Shown one piece after another: positions 63,980 through 64,000 of a stretch of DNA of 64,000 nucleotides. This DNA is from a virus (taxonomy: Duplodnaviria; Caudoviricetes), in IMG/VR virus record IMGVR_UViG_3300046804_003398; one strand, given 5' to 3'. A program made the translations under genes and the position numbers. The notes beneath the pieces were generated by a model. It was given only the letters and a program-made list of their open reading frames with translations, had not been told where the DNA came from and did not search any database. Positions within the stretch are counted from its first letter, which is position 1; every line of letters starts with the position of its first letter.

Positions 63980-64000
63980 AAACCTATATGCTCAAGTTAA

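Noticed and set aside
1-64000. CRISPR array, tRNA, rRNA or other recognisable structured RNA genes
   Set aside because: Intergenic gaps are mostly under 140 nt, and I saw no regularly spaced repeats or cloverleaf/T-loop patterns; a tRNAscan/Infernal run would confirm.
1-64000. Stop-codon reassignment as in some large phages
   Set aside because: Core genes (nrdA, nrdB, capsid, helicase, recombinase) are full length in code 11, and TAA, TAG and TGA all terminate genes.
63969-64000. Start of a further plus-strand gene (MDYKNLYAQV...)
   Set aside because: Only 10 codons are visible at the window edge; it cannot be supported.

Overview
A 64-kb segment of a large, AT-rich, T4-like tailed dsDNA phage genome in the standard genetic code. 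It contains no tRNA, rRNA, CRISPR array or transposase that I can recognise. Left to right it carries: a family-B DNA polymerase (cut off at the left edge); a plus-strand operon with a Cas4-like nuclease, six glycosyltransferase-like genes (one split into two ORFs), dUTPase and a UDP-sugar dehydrogenase; then an almost uninterrupted minus-strand run. That run holds dNMP kinase, a gp62-like subunit, UvsE, a DUF4338/DruA-like protein, a MoxR-VWA pair, nrdAB, helicase, RNase H/5'-3' exonuclease, RecA/UvsX, gp32, a second (family-A-like) polymerase, a baseplate/tape-measure/tube/neck module, a cluster of nucleotide-handling enzymes, the major capsid protein and the scaffold. The best leads are four. 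(1) Six consecutive genes start with a shared M-x-K-L-x-(D/E)-(L/I)-L-x-E peptide resembling a T4 capsid-targeting/protease-cleaved leader, on a kinase, a nucleotidyltransferase and an Acb1-like 2H phosphoesterase, among others; these may be an injected counter-defence or RNA-repair cargo. (2) A start-less ORF missing from the ORF track is reachable only by a +1/-2 frameshift at a U7 run, joining a gp26-like chaperone to a gp51-like extension just upstream of the tape measure gene. (3) A TATTTAT(A/T) motif, the reverse complement of the T4 late promoter, precedes about 19 mostly structural genes. (4) The gp32 leader looks like an autoregulatory operator. All protein calls come from motif recognition by eye; no database searches were run.
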